Shown here: piece by piece, positions 1-13,900 of the stretch
How the letters are laid out: the number at the start of each line of letters is the position of its first letter
Numbering within the stretch: the first letter of the stretch is position 1
From: Laetmonice hystrix
Lineage: Eukaryota
Reading direction: 5' to 3'
DNA length: 64,000 bases
Assembly: GCA_965235115.1 (NCBI GenBank)
Contig: OZ249442.1
Coordinates: 14,818,001-14,882,000, forward strand
The notes under the pieces: generated by a model
Told to the model about the DNA's origin: nothing
The model's input: the letters and a program-made list of their open reading frames with translations, nothing else
The model's database searches: none
Program-made: the position numbers and the translations under genes

Positions 1-3000
1 CGGATCAAACTGTATGCACAGAACGCAAGTCTGACCGATGCCAAGGTTGATGTCCTGAATGAACGAGACAACCTCTTTCAAACCACATCATAATTCAAAA
101 AATAAAGACAACAAAGATTATTCAACATTGGCAAAGCATTCTAAAGTAATACGGGCCCCATTATTATTTATAATTTTGATCATTTGGAATTGATACCCCA
201 TTGTTATGAGGTAAGTAGAAGCATAGATAATTTACCAAATTTTCAGACACTCTCTCTATTATAAAAAATTTGCCCTGGATGTGTATCTCAGAGACTTACT
301 GCAGAGTTGAGCTGGGAGTTATCCTGCAGCAGTAGACTGAAGGGTGGGTTCAGGGACATGCATGCAGTGATGGGCAGACTGGACACGTTCGTCACTTCCA
401 ATTCCCGGGTCTCCAGAGTCAACTCCTCATCTGGGCTCTTAACATTAAAAAGATGGGCATTAACAACTAAAGTGCAAGCAGGTAACAACAGGTAACTTAT
501 CATTGAATTTTCTAAGGGTCCAATCTTAGCTCACAGATGATTTGAAAACCCAAATCTTGCAACATTTGTAAATTATCAACAAGAACAACTGAAACTTGGA
601 GATGCTTCTGCTCATGTGCTTTACAATAACCATCAAATCCAGACAACATGATCATACTTTTTAAAAAGACAATGCAGTTGGCAATCATCCTTAAATTGAT
701 AAACTGCGCCACAATTCCTTGCTGGTAATTGAACATTGTTTATGTGTAAATGATAGATTTTTCTGAAATTCATATTAACAACAAAGTAACAACTAACAAC
801 TAACTAACAACAAATTAGACCTACAAAGTACTGCCAGTATTGTCCCACCTTGTCCACTCTGAAGAAGACCTGATCTGAGGAGAACTGCAGCAGTGGTGTG
901 ATGAACTCGCAGCTGATGTTGACCTTCATTACGAGTTCTTTTCCTCCAGCTCGTCCAATGATAGCGTGGCACAGCATGCGTTCCTTGATGACCCGTGGGA
1001 CATCAAGCGATCCCTCCAGCACAACCTCCATGCTCTCTCCAGGGTTTAGTTCCATCCGGTGTGGATGCAGACGGAATACAGGTTTGGGTGTTTCTGGTGG
1101 TGGTGGCATGTCCTGTTTCACCAAGAAATTTCCTTTTAGAAAAATCTAATTTACATTTGAAAATATACATTCTCAACAGGAGTTTGAAATATTGAAAGCA
1201 AATAATGAATTATAATATCTAAAATGACCACCACAATATCCAGAATGTTAAAGTCTGAAGCCTTCTCTTGAACAATGTCTAAACATCATGTAAACATCTT
1301 CAGAGCTCTGTATTTGTTTGAACGTAGCCAATAGTATGACAAATCACAAACCTTGAATTTCATGTCTTTTGGGTTGATGGGCCTGAGTTCACCATGCCGA
1401 GGTTTGGGTTTGTTGAAGAAGGAAAATCCCTCTGTGCTCCAAACGAGAGCTTGGTGTCGCCTTCCCATGTTAGTCAGGGTGAAGGTCCGCCTGCATGGCC
1501 CCTTACTGAAGTGAGGCCCAAGGTTGAGGTTAGGTGACATGGGCGGGTTAGTCACTATAGTTGTACCATGACCATACGCTGTCACTGGAATCATCCGTGC
1601 AGGGCCATCCAGGATGTTTACTTGAACCTTGTCTTGGAACCTGTGCATCATCAAAAAGTAAACCTTCAATGATGATAAACTACCGAGGCATAAACGTACA
1701 TCATCTGCTCATTGCCCTTTGCATTTAATTACACCAATCCGCAAATTCAACTTTTGATTAATAGTTTGTACATGGCAGCAAACAGCTTCATCTGGTAACT
1801 AATTTTACAGTAAAACATTTCTATTGTGGGCAAAACTGGCCCTTGTTTTGAAGTAAATTGTTTAAATTACCACTTGAAGCTACTCGTACCTGACACAGTC
1901 ATCGAGACACGCAGTCACAGTTAGATCCAGCTGTTCCTCAGCTGGGATTTCTCCACTGCTCGGCTCTACTCGCCACACTGTATTTGGTCTTACCTGATAA
2001 TAAAAAAGCACATTATTCTTCCCAATAATTTTTCTAGCTACTACTGGTCTCAAAAAAGTAAGACAAAACATTCCTGCCACCTTCAGCATGCTATTAAATC
2101 ATGTTTAGAATATTTTTATTGGCATGCTAGGAGGAACAGAACTCAAAAACCATTATGGGTAACTCTTAATTTTTTACAAAGCATTATGGGGGCTCTTAAT
2201 TTTTTACAAACATTTTCAGAATAAACTTACCATGTGAACTGTGAACTTAGCTGGGATAAGCGATTCATTTGATAGCCTTAAGTTCTTTCTGGTGTCCGTC
2301 AACACAGGTATTTGTTCCCAGTCTAACCGCATCGGCATGATATGGACAACAGGGCCCTCGCCAATACATGTGACGTGTACCAACTGAAATTCAATATATC
2401 ACTGATTAGACTGAATCAAATCTTCGAACTTGAAATGAATGCCCAACAGAGCAGTTAAATCTTAGTTACCAGAGGGGGTTCCGGGCTGCCAAATATCATG
2501 AACTGGGTCATGATGTTCAACTCCTCCAGTCCCTGGGGAGTGATGACGAGAGGAACCTCCAGTATGGAGTAGGCTGGGATGATGCCCTTGGGTTTTGGGC
2601 TGGTGTACAGGATGGGAATTATGTCCTCCAACTGCTGTGGCAGCAGCTCATACTTGGCAGGGAGTTCGGTGTCATTCTGAAACTTGATGTTGTGTTCATA
2701 TGGGTGGCGCAGGAAGCACCGCCCGTAGTCAACAATTGGAGACAGCACTGTCACTTGGGGTACCACACACCTGTTTCAAGGTAACAAAACGAGAAGTTAT
2801 TAGCAAAGATAGCAATCTTTCAAGTAAGTTGTTTTAATAAAGGTTGAAATCAAAACATCTCATTGGTAATGACAGCAATACTCAATACACTACCTGAATT
2901 AATGGTTTAAATGCAAGCTTCTTATCTTATCCAAACTATTTCCCACCGGGACAAACCATTTGGAATTTTACACAGGTAATCTTAGCTTCCAAAAACTCAA

Positions 3001-6000
3001 CGGAACTGACCATTCCGTAGGAACTGACCATTCCGTAACCAGCAGACTTACTTGGCTGAGATAGGCAAAGTGAGAACCTCATCACCGACACCTTCAACAT
3101 CAACCACTAGGCTAAGGTCATACTTCTTGATGGAATTAGAACAAAGGTCAACTTGGACCTTGACTTCGCTCTGAGGTGGGATTGTCCCGCTAGAGGGCGT
3201 GATCTCAAACTCCTAGCAGAACAAAGGTCAGGAATTAGGACTATTGATCACTACACAACTACCAGACCTACCAGTACATCAATCAAATTGTACTTTCGAA
3301 CTAAATGTTGGTTATGACATCGGATACAATATTCAGCCACTGTGGCTTTTAAAATATTAAACAAGACTCATTTGACTGACTTGTCTTTTAAGTCGTTTGT
3401 TGCAATATAGAACCTTACTTTTGGTGGTATGTTCGAGCCAGCCTCACTCATGGTGCTTCCATATTCACTCATTGAACACATACTCTCTCCCATGCCATCA
3501 CCAGGAACACGCAGAACAAAGGACATGGGCACAAGGGCTGTGTTCTGTATGCGGCACTCTGCTGTGTTTACAAAACCTGCAAAAACATTCATGGAAATCT
3601 TGAATGTCATTTTCAATTATACACTTTATACACGGCCGTACATCTTTACTATATAAGGCCAAAAAAAAAAAAAGATTCGTTTCTTGTCCCCGCGCGCGTC
3701 ACCTAAAAACCCCCGCGTCAAGTCTTTTTTTTTTCAAATCCGACTGCTTCATATAGTGGGCAGTGTAGCGCTGTGACAGAACGTTGCAACGGTTCTTTGG
3801 CGTTGGCGTTTTTCTGTTAGTCTTGTTGACTTTAGGTGAGTTTTACACGTTCTAAAACATTGAATATCATTGTATTGGTCTTTTCTTCAAGGTTTATGTA
3901 CCCAACAGCAATTGCATTCGAAGAATCGGCCGTTGTCTAGTTGCATCCCCAAAAAAAAAAGAAAGACCAAAAAAAAAAAAAAACGCGTCACCGCACCATT
4001 TTTTTTATATGAAAGGACAAGAAACGAAACTTTTTTTTTTTTTGGCCTAAGTATGCATGACCATCATCATTGTACCGGTACTCGTATAATATTACCACTA
4101 AAGAAAAGTGCTCAGAAGTATTGGTGCTTTATTCAGCAACCACTAGGGTCATATTGAAGCACTGTGCACAGAGGAAGTACAATAAGACAAAGTCACTTAC
4201 CATAGGATACAACCCCAAAATTCAACTTTGGCACATCAAACTGGAACGTAGGCCCAATGACAGAGCCACTTGAAGAGTAAACAGAACATATCTAATGAAG
4301 CATGTATGAATACATACGTACACATCATTTAGAAAAGTTTAGAACAGAATTTGACATTTCTCTTAGAGATATGGGCATGAAGTAAATTACATACGTGAAA
4401 GTAAGTTTGAGTTTTTCTGGTGAGCCATCAATCTGGAACAGGAACTCCTCTTCAAAGTCTCCTAGGACTGGACTCTTGAAGGTCACCTGAATGGCCTGGT
4501 GCCCATCAGGCATCACAATACCCTCCGAGGGGTAGAACTCAAACTTTGGCCCAAACACTGACATCAAAGGCACAACACTAAAGATGGCGTCAATATCCCC
4601 CTTGTTTGCAACCACAACTTCATACGTGTGGGTGCTGTTTATGAATATATTACCCATGTCCATTCGATCAAAGGAAAACTGTACTTTTGGTCCTGCCCCG
4701 TCTCCTCGTATTCTCAGAGGTAGGCGGGATTCGCGGCCTGTGATGTCGCAGAAAGCAGTCCGTGTGTAGGTTTTGGCTTCATCTGGTTTAAAGATCACAC
4801 TGACTTCCATGGATGAGTTCGGCCAAATGTCACCCTCGGCTGGCTCAATTCGGAACACATCATCAGAAAAAAGCATGTTGTCATTTTCCACAAGCTAAAT
4901 TTTAAAAGAACAAAAAATAACAGAAGATTAAGAATCACTCATTCACAACCATTGTTTAAATATGGATCAGGATGCTGCAGGTTAATATATTTGTTTGTCA
5001 TTTAAATCTTTCAAGCTCTAACTTGGATAGCGATGAAGTCGATATTGAAATAAACTTTGATCTATATGACTGGTTGCTTTATTCCATTTTGAACATATGG
5101 CTCCCTTTTAGTAATATTATTCAGTCCGTACCTTTTTTCTGTTCTGGAAGGTCCTACTAAGAACAGACATTTTATCTCGAAGTGAAGGATCTGAGATGCA
5201 TTCCTCTAGGAAACGGTCCTGTTCTACTGCCATCTCCTGCTCCAGGCTGTCGCAGAACCTTCATAATGTCAGCACAATTTATGTCATTAAAATTTTTATT
5301 GATTGTACCATGCATTGGGTACCACTGACCGCTGTTTTACCCTCCTGACAGTGCAAAAGACAGACAAATAAAAATTCCTACCTGTAATTGTGAACTAACC
5401 CTGGTTGTGATGTATTCACTGTTTATGCAGTTACTTTACTTTTCAAACAGATTCACTGGCTTTGCTCAGTGGTTCTATATTATTCTCCTTTCAGTTAGTT
5501 GTATAACTACAAATACCTCTTTATACATAAAATTGTCAAATGTATGAATTCTTCATAACAATAATGATACTCAACTTTAGTGTGAAACTCACATGTTCTT
5601 TTGCATGTCTTCCTCTTCTTGCGTGGCGAACTGGGTCCACCGAAAGTGTGCTATGACATCACTACGGTTGGTTACAGTCACTGTACGTTGGTTTGCCATA
5701 GAGAGGAAAGTGTTTTCAACACGGATTGAATTCTTGTCCAGGCGAACCAGTGCATCCTGTGCAACACCATGAAGGTTGATGTAGATGTTCTCCCCTGAAA
5801 TGTACAGATCATTGACCAGCTCAGACCCATCCATCATGGGCATTTTTCCTGCACACTTCAAATTTAGGTTTTTCACACAGGAACAACATCAAAATCAGCC
5901 TCCAGTTCTAACACAACCCTCCAACCTAGGTTGCTGGCACCAAGGTTCGTGGAGTGCCAATAAATCAGGCCAGATATTGGTATTTACCTGTGTCATAGTT

Positions 6001-9000
6001 AAGGAGCAGGTCCTCCTGATGGTCTCCAACAGTTTGAGGCTTGAATTCTACTGTCACTTGCATGCTCTCGTTGACAGGTAGGCTTCCATTCGCAGGACTT
6101 ACTATGAATGGTCTGGATAAAAATTAATTTTGAAATATTTGAAAAAATTTGAGGAAGACTGGTATTTTCAAAAGTGTCCAAAAGTGGATTTGTGGAAGAA
6201 ATACATAAGTCTTGGTAAACTTAGAAATGCTTACAAAGTACAAACCTTGAAAATATTACCCAGTTTATAGATCTTTACAGTACTATACGAGTCATATACA
6301 AATAATGGCAACTCAATGCACTTTAGACTTACTTTTCTGTGCTCAGAGAGAATTTAGCCTCTCTGATTCCAACGTTTCGGACCAGTAATGTCCGTGTGCT
6401 GGGATACTTGACAGGACTCGCAGGAAACAACACTTCATCAGGGAAGTCCAGAATGGCACGTGATCCTATCGCTTTTACAGGCACCAGAAATTTTTCCCGT
6501 TCTGTGATACACACCAGTTCATGGTTGTAGTCCTGGAAATAAACATCTTATAGTATGCAGAAGTTGCATCAAGCTACCTTGTTGACCAGTCCCACTCATA
6601 AGGCATTTCAGGCCTTCCCTCACATTCTTTTCCTGGTTTATGTGCACCTCAAGTTATACATCATGTGTCATCACTTATTTTTATCATGGACCAAGGCTTG
6701 GGATCTCATTTGTGGTCAGGGATGCACCAGGGAGAAAGCATACCATTCATGTCATAAAAACATGTACTCCTTGGAATTATCAAAAACACATCCACATCCT
6801 GGAGACAACTTACCTTTTTCTCTTCTGGTGTGAACTGCAGTTTGAATGTAGTGGGCAGTCCCGGCCCCACCTTGTGCCCAACATTGTGGGGGCTGACAAT
6901 TTTGAAGTAGGGTGACTCCTCCATGGTCACCTTCACCAGGCGAGGCACCTTCGGTCAGCAAATTACATTCAAATTATATGACATTTACCTTCAAAAAAAA
7001 TGTTTAAAAAATCAATCCTGTCTAAGCCAGAATGTAGAACCTGAAGGCCTATTAAAATAAATCACCTTGTCATTGTTTCTGAGAACAAGCGGCACTTCGT
7101 AGGTCTCGAATGGCTCGAAGTTTTGGTAAAATATTTCTGATGGGAAAGGCTGGAACATGGGCTCATCAATGCTGATGGTCGACACCTGTAAGATAATGTA
7201 CCGGAATAAGTAGAAAGCTGATTCCATGGTGTATGCAAAAACATGTGTGAAGGTATAATATATGCAGCACTGGTAACTACAACAGGGCTCGAAATACTTT
7301 TAAAATTTTGATTCGCAATAATTACTGAGTTATCTCGTTTGTAGAAGCAGAAATAGGCAATATTTTGCGACTCATATGTTAATTTGATTCGCAACAGACT
7401 GATTTTCACTCGCAAATTGCGATGCGAACCCGGTTATTTCGAGCCCTGTACAATATCATCATGACAATACTGAATCTCTTCAGTTGTTCTGTGACTGACC
7501 ACTTTTATATATTTATTTCAATACACTGTCAAAGATCTGTGACCATACTATTATTGAGACTCTTGTTTTGATTTACTTATTCAAAGAATTCATTCAACCT
7601 CAATGACTTCTTGCCTCCTAATCAACTGCAGGCCAACTATTCTGTTCTTATTTAGCTTACTCTACGTCTACCCACCTCATGTATGAAGCACCATAACATA
7701 AAACCCAAATAAAATTTCAATTGCTAGGATTTAAAAACCACTTCAAGACAAAAAGTACATGATTCTCTCAAATTTGTAAGCTTTTAGTTTTACAAAGGTA
7801 ATTATTATTTAAATTAACTGAAAATAAACTACTTTAACAGCCAGTGAGATGCCACCTTTAAGATCTTCTTAGTGAACACAATCAACATTTTATATTTAGT
7901 GATGAACTCTTTAAATTATAGTGATTGTTTGTTTTGATCTTCATCAATATATTAATTTCAAAGAATCTTGAAATGTGAAAAAGAAATTTATACAAACTTG
8001 GGATCAAATGATGGAGATTTAACCAATAAACAAACACCTAGCCACTAGTGATGAAACAAACCTTTTGCACTTGCATTTCCATCTACACAAATAAACAGTT
8101 AAAATGATCTTTGAATTTCAGACTTGGTCAAAACAAGGTGTGACAAAGTCATGGATAAATTAAATAATAACTTGGACAAGATCGACAGGTCTTTAAAAAA
8201 ATCTTTTAATAAAAGAAAAAGGTCACAGGACTTCATGTCTGTCTATCTACATGTGAGGTACTAAGGTACGTGTATAGGTCGAGGTACTTACACAAGTTGC
8301 TTCAGAGATCATGAGCTACACATAGTAATCAACAAATAATGTTTTTATTACACATTCTTTCTTATTCACATTATTGCTGACAGTCACACGCTGGTATTTC
8401 TGCTGACACCCTACCAAAATCAGTCAGGACTTTAAAACAAAATTTCTAGCTTGAAATCAATTATGACTGTTATTTTTCAAGTCTTCCCCTGTGCTGTAGT
8501 TCATCATTGCAAACTTTGTTATTAAATAAATTGTTTAAGGCTGGCTCACCTTCTGATGTGTGGTGTCTGCCATGTCAAGCAACTCCACCTTCTGCGGTAT
8601 ATTCATGGTGTGCATATTTGCAAGTTTTTTCTCTGTATCCATGGACATTTGAAATAGATACTGGGATGGTTTAATCTGTAAATAGACAAGCAATTAATCA
8701 AATTACAGGGGTAGATTGCAAGCACAAATTTTAAGAGTCAGTAGTACTCCAAGGTTAGAAAATGACAACTGAAAGGTACACAGTTATGGAGATGGGCAAA
8801 AAGTGCTCAGAGTGGTGTTACCGTGTATTATTCATTTATCTCAAGCTAAAACAATGACATAACTGTTGGCAAAAACTTGCTTCTAACAGGTAGAATTTTA
8901 GCTAGCCAAGTTCACTCTTACAACAATTCTGGGCTTCCGCTAGCCATTCACTTTACATTGGTGGAAAATAAAGCAAAATGGCAAAAGAAATGAGCAAAAT

Positions 9001-9409
9001 ATTCTCTTCTTTTGGCAACCCCAAAAGTACTGCAGATAGCAAGGATTGTCATTCTGACAGCAACAGGTTAGTGGGAAGAATCTATACCTACAGAAATTCT
9101 TATGCAGCTATTGGATTGGAGTACCAATCAGCCAAAGTGGCTAAAGAAAAAATATAAAAATGTACTTGTATATATTTAATTTTTTTAAACAAGAGGTAAC
9201 TGACATTGATACTGCTTTGATGAAACTGTGAAATTGCTATAATGTCCAGAACTGCAATAAACACAAACCTTGAAATCTGGTTGTTCTCCTTTGACAAGTT
9301 TAGGGTTCCGAGGTGCAATGACCCGGCTTTTATATCCTTGGGCAGCATCTGACAAACTAGCCAGGGTACCTGTGGTACCAATAATCTCACCAAATGGCCC
9401 GATTGGCAT
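1..9409 (-). CDS. HYDIN: Hydrocephalus-inducing protein (axonemal central-pair protein), N-terminal part; gene continues beyond position 1
   Basis: Coding exons (GT-AG, phases consistent): 9269-9409 (ATG at 9409), 8550-8675, 7066-7185, 6814-6948, 6333-6532, 5988-6112, 5593-5794, 5132-5258, 4395-4894, 4201-4268, 3419-3576, 3052-3212, 2470-2770, 2231-2383, 1890-1993, 1352-1640, 849-~1145 (acceptor ambiguous), 300-437, 1-54 (partial). Peptides such as FQPFPSEIFYQNFEPFETYEVPLVLRNNDK and CITEREKFLVPVKAIGSRAILDFPD closely match recalled vertebrate HYDIN. Confidence 0.96.
3657..4047. mobile_element. 391-bp MITE with GGCC termini and TAA TSD (Zator- or PIF/Harbinger-type) in a HYDIN intron
   Basis: About 33-bp TIRs GGCCAAAAAAAAAAAAAG(A/T)TTCGTTTCTTGTCC; TAA at 3654-3656 and 4048-4050. 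Confidence 0.85.
7283..7448. mobile_element. 166-bp hAT-like MITE with a 5-bp TSD
   Basis: Perfect 14-bp TIR CAGGGCTCGAAATA; TACAA at 7278-7282 and 7449-7453. Confidence 0.75.
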
Positions 9410-9665
9410 CTTGCTTTTTTTCTCTTCCTGTAGAGAAATAAATGTCAATGACAGTGATTCTTACCGAAATAACAGTTTTGGCTAGTAAAGTGAAGCAGCA
9501 GCCGATGTAAACCATTTTCAATTATTCCGAATTTAAAAATTATCCAGTTACCCTGGCAAAAAGAATGTGCAGCAATAAATTGATGACAAACATACAAATA
9601 AAACTGTATAATTTTTCAAGATTGCCAGCACAATTTTCCGGTGGCAACTCTTTTCATCTCCGTCA

Positions 9666-9745
9666 GTTTTGGTCCACAATTTGCCTATCCAGGCTGTCGT
9701 TTACTATTGTTTGGAAGAAAACTCCATCATCCAGCTATCATCCCC
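9666..9745 (+). repeat. Dispersed repeat also present at about 19045-19120
   Basis: Shared TATCCAGGCTGT(C/T)GTTT...TTGTTTGGAAGAAAA(C/T)TCCATC; both copies lie in first introns (HYDIN, VPS4). Confidence 0.6.
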
Positions 9746-10351
9746 CTTTACACGCATAGATCTAATTGTCCTTGGTTGGAAAGTCTGTAGCCACACCGTC
9801 CGTAGTGTAGGCGGGCTAGGCAGTTTACAAAGTCTAACTAGTCTACTCTAGTAACTTAGTCTTAGTAAGGCGCCTAACTTTAGTAACTAGATGTCTTAGT
9901 ACTAATCTAGACTAAACAAGTTAAAAGTAAAGCAGGCTAACTTCCGTACTGTAAGTGTAAGTAACGTTATACTTATACTATAGTTATACTAAACTTTCAA
10001 GCAGTAAAAAAGGGCAGGCATGATGATGCGCCCCAGCCCTCAGCTTAGCCTTAGCCTAGGCCATCGGGCCTTCGGCCGTAAGGACTAAGGGTTAGGTTAA
10101 GTCCCAATCGATAACCTCCCCCCTGCGCGACGGCGCTCCAGTAGGAGTGCCGAGTGGGATACGGAGTGTTGTGAGGGCTCCGTTGCGGTCTCACGTCGCT
10201 AAACTGAAAAATTGCGCCCGTACAGCGTAACTGCGAGTGTGCCTTGCCCCTTGGCCTTGCCATGGCTTACGAACAATTATGAAGTTTTGAAGCCCTAATC
10301 TACATACTACACTATTGCCACCAAAGAAAGAACTGGTCCATACTCTTACCT

Positions 10352-10920
10352 CTGTCTGGGCTTAGATGAAAAATGACAGTTATGTATCACAACATAGCCT
10401 TCATCGCCCTCAATTAACAAGTCGACCACCTTTCGTGTTCCGTACTGTGATGGTTGATTTTGACCGCCGCCGTCTTGATTACGTTTCCATGACAGCAGTT
10501 GACCGAACGACTCAGTCAAACAAGATTTCATTGGTCCTGAGTATAGACAGCAGCCAATTGCATCGAACTTTACATTTTGCGGTGCATACGTCAGGCACTA
10601 GCTTTAGTTGACCTCTTCCATTGTCTATTATTCCGCATAAATAATTAATAGAGTATATACCGAGAGTTTCTGAATTAATTTTTGTTAAAGAAGCAGGTAT
10701 GCTTAAAAAGCAAAAATGTATTGCTTTACATAATAGAGTTATTTTATTTCGATCAATACTATATCGAACTATATTCTATCGTTTACGAAAGACCGAACAG
10801 GTCAAGGTGATTGTGGGTCAGGTTGTCAGGCCACGAGGATTGCGTAGGACGGGGCGACTGAACTGAGCTGAGGGAGTGTCGTTGGGAAGTTTTTCTAGAA
10901 GAGAGAGAAGCCTGGTGAAT
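10352..10920. promoter_or_regulatory. Bidirectional promoter region HYDIN / PRELID3B, including a probable non-coding HYDIN first exon (donor at 10350-10351) and an RFX X-box-like motif
   Basis: Head-to-head layout; minus-strand donor AG|GTAAG at 10352; CpG-richer than the flanks; GTTTCCATGACAGC at 10483-10496 resembles GTTNCCATGGNAAC; YY1-type AAGATGGCG at 11142-11150 in PRELID3B intron 1. Confidence 0.65.
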
Positions 10921-13900
10921 ATGAAGATTTGGACGTCAGAACACACGTTCCAGTAAGATGAAATGCTCATGTTATATCTGATAATACTAGTGACGTAGTG
11001 TACTAATAGTAATAAGTAAAGCCAAGCCCAAGGCCAAGGCTAAGTTACGATACACGCTGCCGCAAGGGCGAGTGAACGATAGGCTGACTGAGTCGACTCA
11101 ACTCGGTCTATGAGTGTGACAGGTTCTCTCATCACCACCGCAAGATGGCGCGCAAATGGCAAAAAGGGTTGTGTCGCGTAGGGTCTCTGAAATCCACTGC
11201 AAATTACCGTAAATTCGTAATCATCAGTTTTCTGCGTTTGTTGATAAATTTGGGAGAGATTTTAAATTTGCTCTGTTCAGAAAACGCGTCTCTGGCTCTG
11301 GCATTCCTGTGACAAGACAGTGTGACCAGACATTACCCAGTGTCAGTGAGAGTGTTGTGTGAGAGCAGCTAATTTTAAAGATCTTCCAGCAATCTCTTGA
11401 AGATAACCAATTCTTGAAGTCGGGATGATGTCAGGATCTTTAGTGAAGTCTTCTTTACTTTGTTACCAAAACAGGCATCCATGGAGCACAGTGGTCCAGG
11501 CAGCATGGAGAAAGTACCCAAACCCAATGAACCCAAGTGTAACAGGACTTGATGTGATTGAGCGGAAGGTGGATGACAAAGGTGTACTTCACTCACATAG
11601 ACTTATGACCACACAATGGGGGCTTCCAGACTGGGTAATAAGAGTGAGTATTCCTGCTCGTCAGTTTTTCTTAAAGTCTGTAGATAATTTACTGTGTTTA
11701 ATGGTTTCAAATGTACAGTACTCAGGGATGAAAGTTTTCAGGAATTTCCTGAAATCAGGAAATTTGAAAAAATCCCCCCCCCCCCAAGAAATAACACCCA
11801 AAAAAGGAAATAGGCCTAGATCTATAGGCAAAAGAGGTAGGCCTAAGCCAAGGCTAAGTATTGCCCTGGACTGTGTGGTGGGCAATTAATATCAAATGAA
11901 ACAATATCCCCTTCCAGGACGTTTTTTAACACCATGCAGCTCAATATATCTCTACCTGCCAAAGTTCGTTTATAGATGGGGATATTAGAGTGTCTCAAAC
12001 CCGTCCAGTGTCACGGGTGCCACCGTGCATAGGCCGGTCTGCCGGGGGTGCTGGTCCCTGTAGCTGTGGTGACATCGCTCACATAGACCGGCCCGCGTGT
12101 GCTGACTTCTACCGGCACGCGGTGGCGTCTGTCCCGTCTGGCAGGCACGGCCCCGTGTCGATGTGGTGAGAGCGACTCACCTCAGGTAATGACTTCAGGC
12201 AAAATTGATGGTCAGGCAGCTGCGAAGCCCGTTAATTCAGGCTTGCCATTATGCCATATCCATGCGCGAGTTTTGCCTGAGCGCTCACTTAGTGATAGCA
12301 ACGAGACTATAGACAGACCGGTCTGTCTAGTCCCGGTGATAGTGATTAGGCTGACGAACTACGCACCATCACAATGTCACTCCTCACAGGAAACTGGGTC
12401 AATTTAGTTCTATGAATCTGCCTAGTATATATGTCAGTAAGTTCTCATAATGTGTTCTTGCATATAAATTTGAGGATAGTGGCATTACGTAAGTGGTTTT
12501 CACTGAAGTTTTGGGGTTGTCAGGACTTTTCATTACATTTGTCGATCAGTGCAGGTGTCCTGATAAGACCGGAAGTGACAATTTTCACAACAACATGAGT
12601 GGCACATGGACACACGGGCTGAACCACTCGACTCAGCGAAGCCTGTGTTGCTTGGCTGAGAGCCGCTGAGGGTCGTGACTGCTGAGGGTCAAGACTGATG
12701 GACAGCCTGTGTGGTCAGTCTAACACATGGAAGCTGTTTGACAACGTAATCGGTTGCATTTTGGACGCTAAAAGCCGACTGGATTCCAATGTTGGAGAGA
12801 GACGGCAGAGCCAGGCAGAGGTTGACACCGACTGTGACTGAGTGACAGGCAAGCAACAGCCTTGAACAGGGGCATGGACTGATGAGTGATGGAGTCTATC
12901 CAGCAAATTTGCAGGGGTGGGGGGTTGAGGGGGTGGGGGTGGGGGTGGGGGTGGCGACTAAATACTGAGGGCTAGGCCCTATAATATATAATAGCTAGGA
13001 GGCCTTATCGGATCATGATTGTCTGCTGTTCCTAGCCTCACTTTTTTTTAAGAGGGGGGGGGGGGTAAGCCTTGGATGTGCGCATGAACAAATATTAATT
13101 ATGGACATTGGCCCCCGCCGCTCCCCCCTGGTCAGAATTTCAGGAAATTTTACAGCTGGCCACTTTCATCCCTGAGTACTGCAGTAATGGCTTTTTGCCT
13201 TTGGCTCAAAACCTCTTCTGTGCATCCATAACCTTTTATCAAAGTTATCTCATTCACATATCATAGTTTAGAGCTCATCAATATTGAAGGTCCCCCATTC
13301 CAATTGATGGTTTAATTCCTTGGCGGCAGTAAAAACAATTTTTTATAAGCCAAGAATAGCGTGGGGTATGTTACTTATAAAGCCATTTTATAATTACAGC
13401 TTGTTGGGATGGAGAAGTATTGCTATGTCAGTGAACATTCCACAGTAGATGCAGCTAAAGGTGTGATGACTCTGAAGTCCAGAAATGTAAGTTCTTGTCA
13501 TGTGAGAAATCAACATTGTGAGTATTACAAACTATACAACAGGTCAGATTTGCATAGTGGTTACCAGTGTGTAGTGGAGACAACTTTCAAACACTTCTTG
13601 TATTTTTGGCATGGAGGGTGACATGGGAATTTGATTATTTTCATTGTTGTAAATTCCAGATTAGGGTTATTTCTCAGTCACTTCAAGATATTTTGATGAA
13701 ACTTACATCAAGTAAAATTGACCATGAGGCGATCTGAGTTGCAGCTTACTATGGAAAATTAATTTATACAACTTTGTAAAAAGGTAAAATATTTGTATTT
13801 TAATCAAATTTAATTTTTATTTTTGCAGGTCACATTCTCCAATTATGTTACAATTGACGAACAACTTGTGTATAGTAAACATCCAACAGATTCTCAGAGG

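Noticed and set aside
2151-3040. Small tandem duplications (about 30 bp at 2151-2210; 18 bp at about 3004-3037)
   Set aside because: Ordinary intronic slippage duplications that do not affect splice sites.
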